Below, in pieces: positions 60,801 through 64,000 of a stretch of DNA of 64,000 bases. The DNA is taken from the NCBI GenBank assembly GCA_964016885.1, contig OZ024740.1:335668001-335732000 (forward strand), read 5' to 3'. Position numbers and translations under genes: made by a program. This DNA comes from Eledone cirrhosa (Eukaryota). Every line of letters begins with the position of its first letter. Position 1 is the first letter of the stretch. The notes beneath the pieces were generated by a model. The model saw only the letters and a program-made list of their open reading frames with translations, was not told the origin of the DNA and made no database searches.

Positions 60801-61520
60801 CGAAGTGGTTGAAGCACCATATCTACAAGGAGGAGGCTAGCCCACTGTGCAGGATCTGTGGAGAGAGAGAGGAGACTGTGGCTCACATTGTGTCCAAGTG
60901 TAAACACCTAGCCCAGACCCACTATAAGGGCTGGAGACACGATGTGATGGGCAGGGTGATCCACTGGCACCTGTGCAAAGTAAACAATCTACTACATTCT
61001 GAGAAATGGTATGAGCATAGGCCAGAGGCGGTGATAGAGAACAGTCAGGTGAAGGTGCTGTGGGATTTTAGGATACAGACGGACAAAAAACTGGAACACA
61101 ATAGACCTGACCTGGTGGTTGTGGACAAAGAAAAAAGATCGTGCCTGATTGTGGATGTGGCCTGCCCGTTCGACACGAGAGTGCAAGAGAAGGAGAGGGA
61201 GAAAATTAACCGATACCAGGACCTAAAGTGGGAGGTGAAAAGGATTTGGAACTGCCATGAAGTCAAAGTGATCCCGATTGTCATAGGCGCACTGGGGACT
61301 ATCTCCAAAGGTTTCCAGGGATGGTTAAAGAAAATCGGCCCCTTCACGCTTTTTGGAACGCTTCAAAAGGCATGCTTGCTTGGAACGGCAAGAACCCTCC
61401 GATACGTCCTGAATATCTGAGGCTGCAGGTAGTGGCTTGATATTCAATCCAACGGACTTTCCAGTTAACCAACATCAATGACTGAGATTCAAGGAATAAC
61501 AATAACAATAATAATAATAA
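57824..61520 (+). mobile_element. Full-length R4/Dong-type RLE LINE (family B)
   Basis: 5' end shared with the copy at 62722; intact ORF; ~75-bp 3' UTR shared with truncated copies; (TAA)n flanks. Confidence 0.95.
58028..61420 (+). CDS. Reverse transcriptase / restriction-like endonuclease polyprotein (1130 aa), R4/Dong type
   Basis: Uninterrupted ORF with KSPGPDG, NYRPITCL, QKGCR, IDYRKAFD, GIFQGDSLSP, FMDD, YKYLG, GGRGL, CxxC-H-C knuckle, RHD and PD..D..K nuclease motifs. Confidence 0.95.
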   Translation: METRTSCDRLSPNRCPLAQQQEPDCQPNTADVGGRRRRKGARTNWTKELNRTVMQCYLKSNPKERGYRRRMHNIWNEIGLFKLDEQKLAGQARVIRTNGWISELELEELSRENGLEMAGVVCQTSEPAGNEGEEVLRTEEPPEADNDLNTEINNTWNRDTATEEMNADGLGQDSVDILNLVVDELNNDSGRPMNLRFVDRKKLKETTAKVNKVIPYLEARSLHQCNNILKATANTVRKLLGIKARGNNRQERAEPWWKKRLSGQIGEMRNDIGKLESLLNGTLKNIGTKNRLEIKYKTRSKKLNIIIEELKQRIVAKSAKIRRYENRVSQYKQNRMFDNNQKMLFGQLEGKERGNDLIPGAEQAKTFWRGIWEQDVRHNAQAEWIETVQREIGEQAQQQTDLSITVETLKGQAKKLTNWKSPGPDGVQGYWIKHLTSLHPKLTAMFNDCLVSGEVPEWLTKGTTVLIMKDRIKGNDVTNYRPITCLPVMWKLLTSIVSEEIYHHLHTNNLLPDEQKGCRKKSRGTKDQLLIDKMVMGNCRRRHTDLAMGWIDYRKAFDMVPHSWITKSLEIFRVADNIRQLLGRSMGSWETELTSTGVSLGSVKIKRGIFQGDSLSPLLFVLALMPLTIMLRKVRAGYKLGRGELTINHLLFMDDLKLFGKSEKELDVLVDTVRIFSSDICMQFGIGKCGVIVMRRGRLSRSNGIQIPTGEMIKEIDSEEGYKYLGVLEADGIKNKKMKELLRTEYIRRVRSVLKSHLNSRNAISAVNSRAVSIIRYSAGILRWNVAEQKEMDRKTRKLLTIYNMFHKRSDVDRLYLRRSEGGRGLISIEDCVQMEKNNLYKYVTYSKEPMLRAVLKEGTVGQGIPKEEITSRRKSSLKGKSLHSTFFEKTEFRDPQTWNWLRRGDLKKATEGMLMAAQEQALKTKWLKHHIYKEEASPLCRICGEREETVAHIVSKCKHLAQTHYKGWRHDVMGRVIHWHLCKVNNLLHSEKWYEHRPEAVIENSQVKVLWDFRIQTDKKLEHNRPDLVVVDKEKRSCLIVDVACPFDTRVQEKEREKINRYQDLKWEVKRIWNCHEVKVIPIVIGALGTISKGFQGWLKKIGPFTLFGTLQKACLLGTARTLRYVLNI

Positions 61521-62721
61521 GACGCACGTGGTGGATAGAAGGTCATGAAATCGCTCCCGTAAGTTTTTGATTTTTAACATATTTAAATCAATTGCGAAAT
61601 AACAATTCTTAGTACAAATGATACGTAAAGTACCAGACTCAAGTCTCAGAAAAATTCGGATCCATAATATATTGTTATATCGCTCAAATATTCAGTTTTG
61701 TATTGTACATTTTATATTCAAAAAAGAAAATGGAAGAAAACCCCCTCTGTCTACACTATATAGAACAGCCAAATAAAAGCAATTTCACCAACACCACAAA
61801 CTAGATACACCACCTATACCATCAATCCTCTGTGTACACTAAATACAACAGCCAGATAACGGCAATTTCACCACCACCACCACCACCACCAATCCCAGCA
61901 TAATAGTTATAATTACTGTTATTATTGTCTCAAGTTTTCACAAAATGTTTAATTCCAATTTTAAAGAAATATGTCAACACATATATTAAACATACGCGAC
62001 TAACCGCATAGATTCACCGATCAAACAAAACTACAGTCTATTCAACAAAACTCAGTAACGGCAACGCCATCACTATAGTCACCGCCGCCACCACTCCATC
62101 CATCATTGCTACCACTATCCCATCACCGCCGCCACCAATCCTTCATTGCTACCACCGCCATTCCCCCATTACCTTCTGTTAACTTACGAAGGGTGAAGGT
62201 GGCGGTATCACTAGACAATATTAATAATTAATAAACAATAACAATATTCATTTTTAATTCTGGATCAGGAATGTTGGAGTCGAAAAGGAGGAAAATGGCA
62301 AAATGACTACATAGCTAAATAGCTAAAGATAATTTCACCACCAACACCACCACCACTACCACGCTAAAAACTCTGGTCAAGTTGCTTCAACCTCTCAACC
62401 TCTATTTCTACTTCAACTTCAACACCATCACTACAGTACTACGATCATATCACCACCACCACTGCCTCATTATCGCTACCGCCGCTATTCTCTCCCACTA
62501 CCTCCTGCTACATCGTAGTGTCCCCACTAAAAGAGGAATGCATCAAAATATATAAATAGAATGAATTGATGACCCGGTCAAAATCAAAAAAACAAAAATC
62601 AAAATCAAAGCAGCACAGCAACAACGAAAAACGTAAAGAAAAGAAAAATGAAGAGAAGAACAAACAGACGGACAGAGAAGGGAAGGGAAAAACTAAGTCA
62701 GGCATTCAAACATTACATTAC

Positions 62722-64000
62722 AATGAAACTTATGCTTATTCATTTTTGGGGTTTTTTTGCCTGTTTGTTTGTTTGTTTATTTATGTTTGTCTACAGCGTG
62801 ATAATGCCACACAAAAATCACCGGGAGTGACGAAATAACCGGAGGTGATGAAATCACCGGTGGTTATGTAACCATACATCCGCCAATCCTCGATAAGAGT
62901 GTTTAAATGTCGAACCTAAACAGTTCGAATAACGGTGAGGTGGAGACTAGAATGTCATGTGACAGACTCTCACCCAACAGGTGCTCCCTGGCTCAGCAGC
63001 AGGGACCTGGCTGTCAACCAAATACTTCTGGTGTCGGAGGAAGAAGAAGAAGGAAAGGGACAAGAACCAACTGGACGAAAGAATTGAATAGAACTGTTAT
63101 GCAATGTTACCTGAAGAGTAACGCCAAGGAGAAAGGCTATAGGAAACAGATGCATAACATCTAGAACGAGATTGGTCTATTTAAATTAGATGAACAAAAA
63201 TTGGCCGGGCAGGCTCGGGTAATAAGAACTAATGGGTGGATAAGCGAGCTGGAACTGGAGGCACTGAGCAGAGAGATTAGGTTGGAAATGGAGAGTGGAG
63301 TATGCCAGGCAAACGAGCCAGTGGGAAATTAAGGTGAAGAGGTCGAGAGAACGGAGGAACCATCCGAAGCAGACAATGATCTGAATGCTGAAATAAATAA
63401 TACCTGGAACAGAGATACGGCCACTGAGGAGATGAATGCTGACGGGCTAAGACAAGATTTGGTTGATATCCTAAACTTAGTGATAGATGAATTGAACAAT
63501 GATAGTGGGAGACCTATGAACCTAAGATTTGTAGACAGGAAAAAGTTAAAAGAAACAACAGCTAAGGTAAACAAAGTCATCCCATACCTTGAGGCGAGGA
63601 GCCTTCACCAGTGCAACAATATCCTCAAAGCAACAGCAAATACGGTGAGTAAATTACTTGGTATAAAAGCGAGAGGAAACAACAAACAAGAAAGATCAGA
63701 GCCTTGGTGGAAGAAACGACTGAGTGGTCAAATCAGGGAAATGAGAAATGACATTGGAAAGCTTGAGTCCCTACTGAATGGGACACTAAAAAACATAGAC
63801 ACTAAAAATAGACTGGAAATAAAGTATAAAACTAGGAGGAAAAAGCTACATATTATCATAGAGGAACTGAAGCAACGCATTGTAGCAAAGAGTGCAAAAA
63901 TCAGGCGATACGAGAACAGAGTCAGTCATTATAGACAGAACCGCATGTTTGACAACAACCAGAAGATGCTGTTTGGACAACTTGAAGGGAAAGAAAGAGG
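62722..64000 (+). mobile_element. 5' portion of another family B R4/Dong-type LINE with stop codons; runs off the window
   Basis: Colinear with 57824-59090; stops at ~63162 and ~63330. Confidence 0.93.

Noticed and set aside
58058-61347. Multiple antisense ORFs over the LINE and PLE coding regions
   Set aside because: Shadow frames of the retroelement ORFs

Overview
AT-rich, microsatellite-dense animal DNA with no recognisable host-gene exon; the SINEs resemble octopod cephalopod families (inference). Nearly all recognisable content is retroelement-derived. (1) A ~5.8-6.0 kb inverted duplication (13288-19096 / 29483-35517) carries a Penelope-like element (RT + GIY-YIG), a 5'-truncated R4/Dong-type LINE and the 5' part of an RTE LINE. 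(2) Three R4/Dong-type RLE retrotransposons form a head-to-tail cluster associated with (TAA)n repeats (53853-64000); one has an intact 1130-aa ORF. (3) There are young tRNA-derived SINEs with TSDs, MITEs and old LINE/PLE remnants. (4) Most notably, many short non-coding, mostly fold-back elements sit in (TA)n tracts and carry type I hammerhead ribozyme (HHR) folds from several sequence families, including a U3-A8 core variant at the 3' end of the coding Penelope element. All folds, alignments and family calls were made by eye; nothing was computed or searched.
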